A stretch of 64,000 nucleotides of DNA from an uncultured Lachnospiraceae bacterium (GCA_946557105.1 CAMNSZ010000011.1:17468-81467); one strand, 5' to 3'. Shown: positions 48,004 through 58,104, counted from the first letter of the stretch. Numbers and translations are program-made. Notes: a model not told the origin generated them from the letters alone.

Positions 48004-49350
48004 ATGCAGGAGAAAACAAAACGGCACATTGTAAAATCGGTGTCTCCCGGCAGCATTGCTCAGGAGATGGAAATAGCGGTCAAGGATAAGATTCTTGCTA
48101 TAAACAACTCTCCCATAGAGGATATTTTTGACTATCAGTTTCTGATTCAGGACGAATATATTGAGGTTCTGGTGGAAAAACCGGACGGCGGACAGTGGCT
48201 TTTGGAAATCGATAAGGAATTGGACGAGGATTTGGGAATCGAGTTTGAAAACGGTTTGATGGATGAATACCGCCATTGTCAAAATAAATGCATTTTCTGT
48301 TTTATCGACCAGATGCCTGAGGGTATGAGGAAGACACTCTATTTTAAGGACGACGATTCCAGATTGTCCTTTTTACAGGGTAATTATGTGACGCTTACCA
48401 ATATGTCGGACCACGATATAGACAGAATCTGCCGATATCACCTTTCTCCAATAAATATATCCTTTCATACTATGAATCCGCTTCTTCGTTGTAAAATGCT
48501 GAATAACCGTTTTGCAGGAGAAGCTTTAAAAAAAGTGGATGCCTTGAATGAGGCGGGTATACGTATGAACGGACAGATTGTTCTCTGCAAGGGAGTTAAC
48601 GACGACAGTGAGCTTGTGTTTTCCATAAGGGAACTGATGAAATATATTCCCAATCTGGAAAGTGTGTCCGTAGTGCCGGTAGGTCTGTCCAAATACAGAG
48701 AAGGCTTGTATCCGCTAGAGCCCTTTGGCAAGGAGGACGCAAGGAAGACACTTGATATTATTCATGACTTTCAAAGGGAATGTTTTGAGAAATACGGCGT
48801 TCATTTTGTTCATGCCAGTGACGAGTGGTATATTCTGGCTGAGGAGGAAATGCCAGGCGAGGAGCGGTATGACGGTTATCTGCAGCTGGAAAACGGCGTG
48901 GGAATGATACGTCTTCTGTTAGATGAATTCCATGAGGAGCTTACAAAACGTGAAAGCAGAGAAGGCTTTCCAAATAAGGAATATAGGGGTGAGCTTTCTA
49001 TGGCGACCGGTCTTCTTGCATATCCATATATTAAGGAAATGACTTTGGAGCTTATGAGGGCATATCCCAACATAAAGATTTATTTGTATCCCATTACAAA
49101 TTTCTTTTTCGGGGAGCAGATTACGGTATCGGGGCTGCTTACCGGACAGGATATCCGGACACAGCTTGCCGGAAAGGAGCTGGGAGAAAGGCTGCTTTTA
49201 CCCCAGAACGTACTGCGAAGCGGGGAAAACGTTTTTTTGGACGATTTGACTCTCCATGATTTGGAAAAAGCTTTACAAGTACCTGTTAATATTGTAAAAT
49301 CAAGCGGACATGATTTTATCAATACAATATTGCAGCCATGGGCAGTGTGA
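48004..49350 (+). CDS. DUF512-domain putative radical SAM protein with an N-terminal PDZ-like domain
   Basis: CQNKCIFC (CxxxCxxC), FIDQMP, KDDDSRLSFLQGNYVTLTN, QLENGVG, VSGLLTGQD. Confidence 0.9.
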   Translation: MQEKTKRHIVKSVSPGSIAQEMEIAVKDKILAINNSPIEDIFDYQFLIQDEYIEVLVEKPDGGQWLLEIDKELDEDLGIEFENGLMDEYRHCQNKCIFCFIDQMPEGMRKTLYFKDDDSRLSFLQGNYVTLTNMSDHDIDRICRYHLSPINISFHTMNPLLRCKMLNNRFAGEALKKVDALNEAGIRMNGQIVLCKGVNDDSELVFSIRELMKYIPNLESVSVVPVGLSKYREGLYPLEPFGKEDARKTLDIIHDFQRECFEKYGVHFVHASDEWYILAEEEMPGEERYDGYLQLENGVGMIRLLLDEFHEELTKRESREGFPNKEYRGELSMATGLLAYPYIKEMTLELMRAYPNIKIYLYPITNFFFGEQITVSGLLTGQDIRTQLAGKELGERLLLPQNVLRSGENVFLDDLTLHDLEKALQVPVNIVKSSGHDFINTILQPWAV

Positions 49351-49421
49351 AGAAACACCCCAGATTAGTGCCGCCGCAGGCGGTATAAGGGAAGTGTAAG
49401 AGCTTCGGAACGGAGGAAAAT

Positions 49422-50759
49422 ATGGCAAAGAGAAAATCCAAGCCGATTGTGGCAGTGGTGGGAAGACCTAACGTGGGCAAGTCCACGCTGTTTAACGCCT
49501 TGGCGGGGGAAAGAATTTCGATTGTAAAGGACACCCCCGGAATTACAAGAGACCGCATTTATGCGGATGTTACATGGTTGAATTTTGACTTTACATTGAT
49601 AGATACCGGCGGCATTGAGCCGGACAGTAAGGATATTATTTTGTCGCAGATGCGGGCGCAGGCGGAGATTGCCATGGAAACGGCTGACGTGATTATCTTT
49701 TTGGTGGATGTGAAGCAGGGACCGGTGGACGCGGATTCCAAGGTGGCAGACATGCTGCGGCGTTCCAAGAAGCCGGTAGTGCTGGTGGTAAATAAGGTGG
49801 ACAGCTTTGATAAATATTCGGCAGACGTGTACGAATTCTATAATCTGGGCATCGGAGACCCACATCCTATTTCTGCAGCAAACCGTTTGGGCTTGGGAGA
49901 AATGCTTGATGAGGTTACCGCTCATTTTGACAAGGAATATACTGAAGAGGACGAGGACGAGCGCCCCCGGGTTGCCGTTGTGGGAAAGCCCAATGTGGGA
50001 AAATCCTCTCTGATTAACAAACTGTTAGGCGAGGAGCGGCTTATTGTATCGGATATTGCCGGAACTACAAGGGACGCCGTGGACACGGAGGTGACGTATA
50101 ACGGGAAAGAGTATGTGTTTATTGACACTGCGGGGCTTCGCAGGAAAAATAAAGTAAAAGAAGATTTGGAGCGGTATATGATCGTGCGTACGGTCAGCGC
50201 GGTGGAACGCGCCGAGGTGGTAGTGCTTGTTATCGACGCCGTGGAAGGCGTTACAGAGCAGGACGCTAAGATAGCCGGTATCGCCCATGACAGAGGGAAA
50301 GCGGTTATTATCGCAGTGAATAAATGGGACGCATTGGAAAAGGATGACAAGACAATTTACCGCTTTACGGAAAAGGTGCGCAACACCTTATCTTATATGC
50401 CTTACGCGGAGCTTTTGTTTGTATCGGCAAAGACGGGGCAGCGCCTGCCTAAGCTGTTTGAGACCATTGATATGGTGAGTGAGAATCATGCCATGCGCGT
50501 GGCTACTGGCGTACTCAACGAGATAATGGCGGAGGCTGTCGCCATGCAGCAGCCACCTTCGGACAAAGGAAAGCGCCTGCGTTTATACTATATTACTCAG
50601 GTATCGGTAAAACCGCCTACATTTGTAATTTTTGTAAACGATAAGGAATTAATGCATTTTTCCTATACAAGATATATTGAAAATCAAATCCGCGATACCT
50701 TTGGCTTTAGAGGAACACCGCTTAAGTTTATCATTAGGGAACGAAAGGAAAAGGAATAA
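49422..50759 (+). CDS. der: Ribosome biogenesis GTPase Der/EngA
   Basis: Two G domains ([16 protein letters not shown] and [16 protein letters not shown]) plus a KH-like C-terminus. Confidence 0.99.
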   Translation: MAKRKSKPIVAVVGRPNVGKSTLFNALAGERISIVKDTPGITRDRIYADVTWLNFDFTLIDTGGIEPDSKDIILSQMRAQAEIAMETADVIIFLVDVKQGPVDADSKVADMLRRSKKPVVLVVNKVDSFDKYSADVYEFYNLGIGDPHPISAANRLGLGEMLDEVTAHFDKEYTEEDEDERPRVAVVGKPNVGKSSLINKLLGEERLIVSDIAGTTRDAVDTEVTYNGKEYVFIDTAGLRRKNKVKEDLERYMIVRTVSAVERAEVVVLVIDAVEGVTEQDAKIAGIAHDRGKAVIIAVNKWDALEKDDKTIYRFTEKVRNTLSYMPYAELLFVSAKTGQRLPKLFETIDMVSENHAMRVATGVLNEIMAEAVAMQQPPSDKGKRLRLYYITQVSVKPPTFVIFVNDKELMHFSYTRYIENQIRDTFGFRGTPLKFIIRERKEKE

Positions 50760-50761
50760 TA

Positions 50762-51433
50762 ATGGAGCGTATTATCTGTTTGCTGATTGGTTATGTTTTG
50801 GGATTGTTTCAGACGGCATATTTTTACGGGAAGGCGCATGGCATTGACATCCGGCAGCATGGCAGCGGTAATTCGGGAACTACCAACGCCCTGCGTGTTT
50901 TGGGCACCAAGGCGGGGCTGATTGTGCTGCTGGGAGACTGTCTGAAATGCATTATTGCGGTGGTGATTGCCCGTCTGGTATTTGGGGCAAGCCATCCTGA
51001 TATGGTCTATCTGCTCTGTCTCTATGCGGCTGCAGGTGCTATTTTGGGACATAATTTTCCTTTTTATATGAATTTTAAGGGGGGAAAGGGAATTGCGGCA
51101 ACGGCAGGTCTTATTCTTTCTTTTCATCCCTATTTTGTAATAATGGGCGTGGTGGTTTTTTTCGGTATATTTTTTACCACACATTTTGTATCTTTGGGGT
51201 CTCTTCTTGTATATGCAGGCTTTATGATTGAAATCGTAGTCTGCGGACAGCTCGGCGTCTTTGGGGGAATGACACAGGCACAGCTTTATGAAATGTATGC
51301 CATTTCGGCAGTGCTGACTCTTATGGCATATTGGAAACATAAGGAGAATATCAAGAGACTGCTGCGTGGTGAAGAGCGCAAGACATATTTACTGAAGAAA
51401 AATAAAAAGGATACGGAGAATAGTGAGCCGTAA
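50762..51433 (+). CDS. plsY: Glycerol-3-phosphate 1-O-acyltransferase PlsY
   Basis: DIRQHGSGNSGTTNALR, GDCLK, GHNFP, FKGGKGIA, KHKENIKRL. Confidence 0.95.
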   Translation: MERIICLLIGYVLGLFQTAYFYGKAHGIDIRQHGSGNSGTTNALRVLGTKAGLIVLLGDCLKCIIAVVIARLVFGASHPDMVYLLCLYAAAGAILGHNFPFYMNFKGGKGIAATAGLILSFHPYFVIMGVVVFFGIFFTTHFVSLGSLLVYAGFMIEIVVCGQLGVFGGMTQAQLYEMYAISAVLTLMAYWKHKENIKRLLRGEERKTYLLKKNKKDTENSEP

Positions 51434-51506
51434 AAGGAGTAAACGGAGCATAATGTATCGAAATATAGAATAATGTGCAGCCGGGCGGCTGCGGAAAAGA
51501 GGAGTT

Positions 51507-52520
51507 ATGGCAAAGATCAGTGTATTGGGAGGCGGGAGCTGGGGCATTGCGCTTGCGGTACAGCTACATAAGAACGGACATCAGGTAAATATCTGGTCTG
51601 CATTAGAAAAGGAAGTAGAAATGCTTAGGGAAAACCATGAGCATAAGATGCTGCCCGGTGTGAAGCTGCCGGAGGATATGAGCTTTTCCACTGACGACAG
51701 GGAGGCGGCGGAAGGAAGGGATTTGCTGGTTATGGCGGTGGCGAGCTCTTATACCAGACAGACCGCTCATCGTTTTGCTCCGCTGATTAAAAAAGGACAG
51801 AAAATTGTCAATGTGGCGAAGGGGATTGAGGAGAGCACCTTAATGACTCTTTCAGAGATTATAGAGCAGGAGATTCCTCAGGCGGATGTTGCCGTTATGT
51901 CGGGCCCCTCCCACGCGGAGGAGGTGGGAAGAGGACTGCCCACTACCATTGTTGTTGGCGCCGGAAGCAAGAGTACTGCCGAATATATTCAGAATCTGTT
52001 TATGAACGAAGTGTTTCGGGTTTATATCAGCCCTGATGTTTTGGGAATTGAGCTGGGCGGTTCCCTTAAGAATGTGGTAGCGCTTGCCGCCGGTATTGCG
52101 GACGGCTTAGGCTACGGAGACAATACTAAGGCGGCGCTGATTACCAGAGGGATAACCGAGATTGCAAGACTGGGCACGGCAATGGGAGGGAAATTTGAAA
52201 CCTTCTGTGGGCTTACGGGTATCGGCGATTTGATTGTGACCTGTGCCAGTATGCATTCACGCAACCGCAGGGCAGGCATTTTGATAGGACAGGGGCGCAC
52301 CTACAAGGAGGCGATGGATGAGGTACAGATGGTTGTCGAGGGCGTTTATTCCGCTAAGGCTGCAATGGGTCTTGCCGATAAATACGGCGTTCAGCTCCCC
52401 ATTATAGAGCAGGTGAATGCTGTTTTGTTTGACGGTAAGAGCGCTGCCGCGGCGGTAAAGGATTTGATGCTTCGGGATAAGAAGCTGGAGGTATCGGATA
52501 TCCCTTGGGAAGAGGAATAG
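51507..52520 (+). CDS. gpsA: NAD(P)H-dependent glycerol-3-phosphate dehydrogenase
   Basis: GGGSWG, KGIE, SGPSHAEEV, LKNVVALAAG, GDNTKAAL, GIGDLIVTC, SRNR. Confidence 0.98.
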   Translation: MAKISVLGGGSWGIALAVQLHKNGHQVNIWSALEKEVEMLRENHEHKMLPGVKLPEDMSFSTDDREAAEGRDLLVMAVASSYTRQTAHRFAPLIKKGQKIVNVAKGIEESTLMTLSEIIEQEIPQADVAVMSGPSHAEEVGRGLPTTIVVGAGSKSTAEYIQNLFMNEVFRVYISPDVLGIELGGSLKNVVALAAGIADGLGYGDNTKAALITRGITEIARLGTAMGGKFETFCGLTGIGDLIVTCASMHSRNRRAGILIGQGRTYKEAMDEVQMVVEGVYSAKAAMGLADKYGVQLPIIEQVNAVLFDGKSAAAAVKDLMLRDKKLEVSDIPWEEE

Positions 52521-52543
52521 ATTAAAAGTAAGGAGGATGTGCT

Positions 52544-53089
52544 ATGAAGCAGATTTTATTATTGGGAGATTCCCTTCGTATGGGCTACGAGCCCATAGTG
52601 CGTAAAATGTTGGAAGGAAAAGCGAATGTAAGCGGACCGGAGGAAAACGGACGGTGGGCAGGGTATACTTTGAATTCATTGCGTTTTTGGATTCCTAATC
52701 TGCCAAAGCCGGATATTATTCACTGGAACAACGGGCTTTGGGATTTGGGTGACGATTATCAGTTGGGGCGTCCGTTCTCGCTGCCGGAGGAATATGAGTC
52801 TGCGCTGGAGCGTATGATTACGGTGCTGCGTAAACTATTCCCTGAGGCGAAGATTATTATGGCCACCACAATGCCTACCGATAATCCCGACACCTCGGAC
52901 ATTGAAGGATACAATGAAATCCTGAAGAATGTGGCGGCAAGACATGATATACCGGTGGACGATTTATTTCCGATTGTAGCGGGAAGAGCAGCGGAATTTG
53001 TGGGACCGGATCATATTCATCTTACGAAGGAGGGCTTTGAAACGGTTGCCGCACAGGTGGTCAGTGTGTTGGAGGGGTATTTGCAGTAA
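52544..53089 (+). CDS. SGNH/GDSL family hydrolase
   Basis: Block I GDSL, block III NNGLWD, block V DHIH. Confidence 0.9.
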   Translation: MKQILLLGDSLRMGYEPIVRKMLEGKANVSGPEENGRWAGYTLNSLRFWIPNLPKPDIIHWNNGLWDLGDDYQLGRPFSLPEEYESALERMITVLRKLFPEAKIIMATTMPTDNPDTSDIEGYNEILKNVAARHDIPVDDLFPIVAGRAAEFVGPDHIHLTKEGFETVAAQVVSVLEGYLQ

Positions 53090-53156
53090 AATTATTATAA
53101 AGGAAATCTTATACTTTATTTTACTTGATTGTGTGAAATGTACAAAGGGGAAAAGC

Positions 53157-53364
53157 ATGCGGGTGATTATTTGTGACGAGAGCTCACGGGATTTGGAGAA
53201 GTTAAGGTTATTCGCAAGAGGAATGACGGATTTTTCTAATCAATATTTTTTATGACAGTTCGGAAATATTATTGGAAGAATACATAGGGCGGGGAGCCAA
53301 TGCGGATTTATTTATTCTTGACATAGAAATGGCAGGAACGGGTTTCGCCAATCCTTTATTTTGA
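53157..53364 (+). pseudogene. Frameshifted, truncated response-regulator receiver remnant (LytTR-like style)
   Basis: Frame 1 MRVIICDE...DLEKL, then +1 frame INIFYDSSEILLEEY...ADLFILDIEMAG; stops at 53255 and 53364. Confidence 0.65.
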
Positions 53365-53426
53365 AAAGCAGGGGAGACGGCTGTTTGCAGGACATAGGGT
53401 GAGCCAATAAAACAAAGTAAGTAAGA

Positions 53427-53502
53427 GGAGCCCTAAAGGGCTCCGCAGGGAAATGATGTCGCCGACGACGTTTTGATGAGTCTTTGACCCCGTGTCGGCG
53501 AC
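53427..53502. repeat. Two adjacent hairpins downstream of metF
   Basis: GGAGCCC-TAAA-GGGCTCC (53427-53444; T-rich tail on the minus strand, probable metF terminator) and GTCGCCGAC(G)ACG...CGTGTCGGCGAC (53458-53502). Confidence 0.75.
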
Positions 53503-53511
53503 TTAAAAGGC

Positions 53512-54366
53512 TCACCTGACCGCCCCCACAATCTCCGCCGCCGTCTTTGGCTTGTTCATGGTATAAATATGAATGCCGTCCACATGGTTTTGCTGCAAAT
53601 CCCGAATCTGTCGGATAGCATAATCAATTCCCGCTTTGCGCATGTCTTCAGGGCTTTCGCCGTAAGTGGCGATGATGTCGGCAAGCGCCTTGGGAACACT
53701 GGATCCGGACAGAGAAACGGTGGTGCCTAACTGCTTGGCCGAAGTGATAGGCATAATACCGGCACAGATGGGGATGGTAATCCCTTTTTTAGACGCCTTT
53801 TCCAGAAAGGAATAGAAGGAGTCGTTGTCAAAAAACAGCTGGGTAATAAGAAACTGTGCGCCTGCGTCCTGCTTTTCTTTCAGGTGGGTTAAATCCGATT
53901 CCATGCTGAAGCACTCGTAGTGCTTTTCAGGATAGCAGGCGCCGGCAATTTTCAAATCGGTATGCTCTTTTAAAAATGAAATCATATCATTGGCATGAGC
54001 AAAGTCGCGGGAAACGAACTGCTCGTCGGTCATATCCTTGGGGCGGTCGCCTCGCAGGGCGAGGACATGGGAGACGTTCGCAGCCTTTAAGTCTTCACAT
54101 ACCTGTAAAAGGGCTTCCTGCTTACAGCCAACGCAGGTCATGTGTGCGAGGGCGTCAATATGCAGAGTGTTCTGTATGTAGGAGGCGATGTCCACGGTTT
54201 TTTTGGAACGGCTGCCGCCGGCGCCATAGGTCACGCTGATAAAGTCGGGGGAAAGTCTTCCCAGAGCGTCGAGAATCTCGAAGGCGGCTTCAAATTCACC
54301 GTCTTTTTTGGGCGGAAATACCTCAAAGGATAGGGTTTGCTTTTTATCTAATAAATTCTGTATCAT
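53512..54366 (-). CDS. metF: 5,10-methylenetetrahydrofolate reductase
   Basis: SFEVFPPK, SVTYGAGG, AHMTC, LALRGD, YPEKH, KQDAGA.FLITQLFFD, HIYTMN. Confidence 0.95.
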   Translation of the reverse strand: MIQNLLDKKQTLSFEVFPPKKDGEFEAAFEILDALGRLSPDFISVTYGAGGSRSKKTVDIASYIQNTLHIDALAHMTCVGCKQEALLQVCEDLKAANVSHVLALRGDRPKDMTDEQFVSRDFAHANDMISFLKEHTDLKIAGACYPEKHYECFSMESDLTHLKEKQDAGAQFLITQLFFDNDSFYSFLEKASKKGITIPICAGIMPITSAKQLGTTVSLSGSSVPKALADIIATYGESPEDMRKAGIDYAIRQIRDLQQNHVDGIHIYTMNKPKTAAEIVGAVR

Positions 54367-54581
54367 AATTTTCCTCTTTTTATTATTGTATTTTTGTTAA
54401 TAGGATCGACCAAGGAATAATATATGCAGGCACATATATGTTTGGCGTCTATGTTGTATTTTTGTCGGCGACAAGATGAAACAACACAATTTTTTTACAG
54501 TTATTTCTTGATTTTACAACAAGAATATCGTAACATGAAGAGGTGAGAATTTCAAGAAAAACATCAAAAAACGGAGGCGGC

Positions 54582-55400
54582 ATGGAGAATCAGAATTTTC
54601 AGGGAACGAAAGAGTATGTGGCTAGCGAGGAGTTAATGGCAAGCGTAAATATTGCCATTGCTTTAAAGAAGCCGTTACTGATAAAAGGAGAGCCGGGAAC
54701 GGGTAAGACGATGTTAGCCGAGGCGGTAGCGAAGTCGCTTGGCAAGCAGTTGATTATTTGGAATATCAAGTCTACCACCAAGGCGCAGGAGGGTCTGTAT
54801 GTGTACGATACCATTCAGCGTCTTTATGACGGACAGTTCGGCGAGGAGGGCGTCGATGATATTGCCAGATATATTAAGCTGGGAAAGCTGGGCGAGGCGT
54901 TTGACAGCGACGAGCAGGTGGTGCTTTTGATCGATGAGATTGACAAGGCGGATTTGGAGTTTCCAAACGATTTATTGTGGGAGCTTGACCAGATGGAGTT
55001 TTATATCAATGAGACAAAGAAAACTGTGAAGGCAAAGCACAGACCCATTGTGATTATCACCTCTAATGCGGAGAAGGAGCTGCCGGACGCATTCCTTCGC
55101 CGTTGTATATTTCATTATATAGATTTTCCGTCTCCTGAGCTTATGGAGGAGATTGTACGGGTACATTTCCCTAATGTGGAGGAAAATCTTCTTAAAAATG
55201 CAATGGATACCTTTTATAATATCCGCGCTATCCGGGATATCCGCAAGAAGCCCAGCACCTCCGAGCTGATTGACTGGGTCAACGCTTTACAGCTTGGCGG
55301 GATTTCGGCGGAAACAATCAAGGGCGCGCTGCCGTTTATCGGCGTGGTAGTGAAGAAGGACGAGGATTTGGAGTTGGTGCGCCACGACGGCAGCCTGTAG
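54582..55400 (+). CDS. MoxR family AAA+ ATPase
   Basis: GEPGTGKT, LLIDEIDKAD.EFPNDLL, TSN.EKELPDAFLRRC, KKPSTSELIDW. Confidence 0.93.
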   Translation: MENQNFQGTKEYVASEELMASVNIAIALKKPLLIKGEPGTGKTMLAEAVAKSLGKQLIIWNIKSTTKAQEGLYVYDTIQRLYDGQFGEEGVDDIARYIKLGKLGEAFDSDEQVVLLIDEIDKADLEFPNDLLWELDQMEFYINETKKTVKAKHRPIVIITSNAEKELPDAFLRRCIFHYIDFPSPELMEEIVRVHFPNVEENLLKNAMDTFYNIRAIRDIRKKPSTSELIDWVNALQLGGISAETIKGALPFIGVVVKKDEDLELVRHDGSL

Positions 55401-55416
55401 CGGTAGGAGCGGAAAC

Positions 55417-56619
55417 ATGTTTATAGAATTTTTTCATAACCTGCGGGAAAAGGGGCTGCATGTGACATTAGGAGAGTGGCTGACCCTGCAGGAAGCGCTA
55501 GACAAGGGGCTTTGCGGCAGCTCCTTGACGCAGTTTTACTATGTGGCGCGGATGATTCTGGTAAAAAGCGAGACGGATTTCGATAAATTTGATATGGCGT
55601 TTGAGGAATGCTTTAAGGCGGCGCAGCGCGAAACCGAGGTGGGAGCCCAGATGCTTCGCTGGCTGGATAAGTCGGATATGTTGGAGCTTGCCCATGAGGA
55701 GGCGAGGAACCATTTGAACAAAATGGAAGACCTGCAAATTGACAAGGAAGACGTAGAGGAAACTTTTAAGCAGCGCCTAAAGGACCAGAATGAAGAGCAC
55801 AACGGCGGAAGCTTTTGGATAGGAACCATGGGCAAGACCTCCTTCGGCAATATGGGAGGAAATGTGGGCGGCGTCCGGGTGGGCGGCAAGACCGGCTATC
55901 AGTCTGCTTTTTCTGTGGTGGGCGCGAGAAAATACAGGGATTTCAGGGATGACAGGGTTCTGGACAACAGGCAGTTCCAGCTTGCTTTCCGTAAGCTTAG
56001 GCAGTTTTCCTCAAGACTGGACATACCGGAGACGGAGCTCGACATTGACGGCACGGTGGACAAGACCTGTAATAACGGCGGGTGTCTTCAGATTGTGATG
56101 AAAAAGCCCAGAAAGAATGCGGTAAAGCTATTGCTTTTGATGGATTCCGGAGGAACCATGATTCCCTTCAGCGCTCTTTTAAACGATTTGTTTCAGGCTG
56201 TGCATAAGTCCAATCATTATAAGGATGTCAAGACTTATTATTTCCATAATTGTATTTACAGTAAGCTTTATAAGACGCCGGAGTGTGAGAACGGCGATTG
56301 GGTGGACACCGAGTGGATGTTCCGCAATGTGGACAGCGATTACAAGGTGATAATCGTGGGAGACGCCGCAATGGCGCCTGAGGAATTGTATTCCGACACG
56401 GGTAATTACAGAGGTCCTAACGGCGGGCTTTCCGGCTATGAGTGGCTTAGGCTTGTAAAACGCAAGTATAAAAAGGTAGTTTGGTTAAATCCTAAGATGG
56501 CGCCGGGAAGAGCGCCGTGGAGAGAAGCGGAAACGGCAGTCAAGGAGCTTTTCCCTATGTATAAGCTTACTGTGGACGGGCTGAATCAGGCGATGATAAA
56601 GCTTATGGTAAATAAATAG
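55417..56619 (+). CDS. VWA-domain (CoxE-like) partner of the MoxR ATPase
   Basis: EW.TL..AL N-terminus, Gly-rich GG..WIGT.G.T.FG..G segment, LLLMDSGGTM MIDAS-like motif, YFHNC, VGDA.MAP.EL, WLNP. Confidence 0.85.
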   Translation: MFIEFFHNLREKGLHVTLGEWLTLQEALDKGLCGSSLTQFYYVARMILVKSETDFDKFDMAFEECFKAAQRETEVGAQMLRWLDKSDMLELAHEEARNHLNKMEDLQIDKEDVEETFKQRLKDQNEEHNGGSFWIGTMGKTSFGNMGGNVGGVRVGGKTGYQSAFSVVGARKYRDFRDDRVLDNRQFQLAFRKLRQFSSRLDIPETELDIDGTVDKTCNNGGCLQIVMKKPRKNAVKLLLLMDSGGTMIPFSALLNDLFQAVHKSNHYKDVKTYYFHNCIYSKLYKTPECENGDWVDTEWMFRNVDSDYKVIIVGDAAMAPEELYSDTGNYRGPNGGLSGYEWLRLVKRKYKKVVWLNPKMAPGRAPWREAETAVKELFPMYKLTVDGLNQAMIKLMVNK

Positions 56620-56804
56620 GGAGAAAACTGCGAAACAATCAAATATCTGCTCGGACGGTTGTCAAACGGACCCGCCGTAATTGATTTCATTGCGCTGCAG
56701 AGGTGAATTTCGTATGGCTGCTCCAAAAGAAGCGACATAGAGGATTGCTTTGGAATTAAGTAGGAATTTGCAGTAAATAGATATAGCATAAGGAGATAAA
56801 TAAA

Positions 56805-58028
56805 ATGACGGTTTTTGAGGAATTAAAGGCAAGGGGACTGCTTGCGCAGCTGACGGACGAGGAGGAGATAAAGGAGCTGATCAATAACGGCAAGGCGACC
56901 TTTTATATAGGCTTTGACCCAACGGCGGACAGTCTTCACGTAGGACATTTTATGGCGCTTTGCCTGATGAAGAGGCTGCAAATGGCAGGCAATAAGCCCA
57001 TTGCCCTGATTGGCGGCGGTACGGCAATGATAGGGGACCCTTCGGGCAGGAGCGACCTGCGAACTATGATGACTACGGAAACAATCGACCATAATTGCGA
57101 ATGCTTTAAGAAGCAGATGAGCCGCTTTATAGAGTTTGGCGAGGGTAAGGCAATGATGGTGAACAATGCGGATTGGCTGAGAGATTTAAATTACATTGAG
57201 TTTATCAGGGATATCGGCGTACACTTCAGTGTGAACCGTATGCTTACCGCAGAGTGCTATAAGCAGCGTATGGAAAAGGGTTTAAGCTTCCTTGAATTTA
57301 ATTATATGATTATGCAGAGCTATGATTTCCTGAATCTGTATGAGAAGTATGGCTGCAATATGCAGTTTGGCGGCGACGACCAGTGGAGCAATATGCTGGG
57401 CGGAACGGAGCTTATCCGCCGTAAATTGGGGAAGGACGCTTATGCTATGACCATAACTCTGCTTCTCAATTCTGAGGGCAAAAAGATGGGGAAGACCCAG
57501 AAGGGGGCGGTATGGCTTGACCCTGACAAAACCTCTCCCTTTGAATTTTATCAATACTGGAGAAATGTGGCGGATGCGGACGTGTTAAAATGTATGCGCA
57601 TGTTGACTTTCCTGCCGCTTGAGCAGATTGACGAGATGGACAAATGGGAGGGAAGCCAATTAAATCAGGCAAAGGAAATCCTTGCCTATGAGCTTACAAA
57701 GCTTGTACATGGAGAGGAGGAGGCTTCCAAGGCGCAGGAAAGCGCAAGGGCTTTGTTCACGGGCGGCAATGCCGCCGAAATGCCTACTTGTGAGCTTACG
57801 AAGGAGGATTTTACGGATGGAAAGATAGATATTCTGGGTATTTTAGTGAAATCCGGGTTGACGGCTTCCCGCTCTGAAGCAAGACGTGCCGTAGAGCAGG
57901 GCGGCGTTACCGTGGACAATGAAAAGGTGACGGATATAAGGTCCGCATATGCGCAGGAGCAGCTTGCGGGCGAAGGGATTGTAGTAAAACGCGGGAAAAA
58001 GAGCTTTAAGAGAGTAGTGCTGCAATAA
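56805..58028 (+). CDS. tyrS: Tyrosine--tRNA ligase
   Basis: [35 protein letters not shown], and a C-terminal S4 domain. Confidence 0.99.
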   Translation: MTVFEELKARGLLAQLTDEEEIKELINNGKATFYIGFDPTADSLHVGHFMALCLMKRLQMAGNKPIALIGGGTAMIGDPSGRSDLRTMMTTETIDHNCECFKKQMSRFIEFGEGKAMMVNNADWLRDLNYIEFIRDIGVHFSVNRMLTAECYKQRMEKGLSFLEFNYMIMQSYDFLNLYEKYGCNMQFGGDDQWSNMLGGTELIRRKLGKDAYAMTITLLLNSEGKKMGKTQKGAVWLDPDKTSPFEFYQYWRNVADADVLKCMRMLTFLPLEQIDEMDKWEGSQLNQAKEILAYELTKLVHGEEEASKAQESARALFTGGNAAEMPTCELTKEDFTDGKIDILGILVKSGLTASRSEARRAVEQGGVTVDNEKVTDIRSAYAQEQLAGEGIVVKRGKKSFKRVVLQ

Positions 58029-58072
58029 GAATTATCTAATGATATAATGCCCGTTTATTCTTCGGCCGGCTT

Positions 58073-58104
58073 AAAAAGGTGGGACTCATATTTCCCGCCT
58101 TTTT
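58073..58104 (+). terminator. Intrinsic terminator after tyrS
   Basis: AAAAAGGTGGGA-CTCATATT-TCCCGCCTTTTT. Confidence 0.75.

Noticed and set aside
53445-53502. TGATGAG within a stem loop suggested a hammerhead ribozyme
   Set aside because: It lacks the leading C of CUGAUGA and has no correctly placed stem II-GAAA.
54367-54581. Expected SAM riboswitch or Met T-box upstream of metF
   Set aside because: No ATC(C/A)AGAG...GATGAG SAM-I core or T-box motif on the minus strand.
56620-56804. Expected Tyr T-box upstream of tyrS
   Set aside because: No GGTGG(N)ACC T-box sequence, specifier stem or terminator was found in the 185-bp gap.
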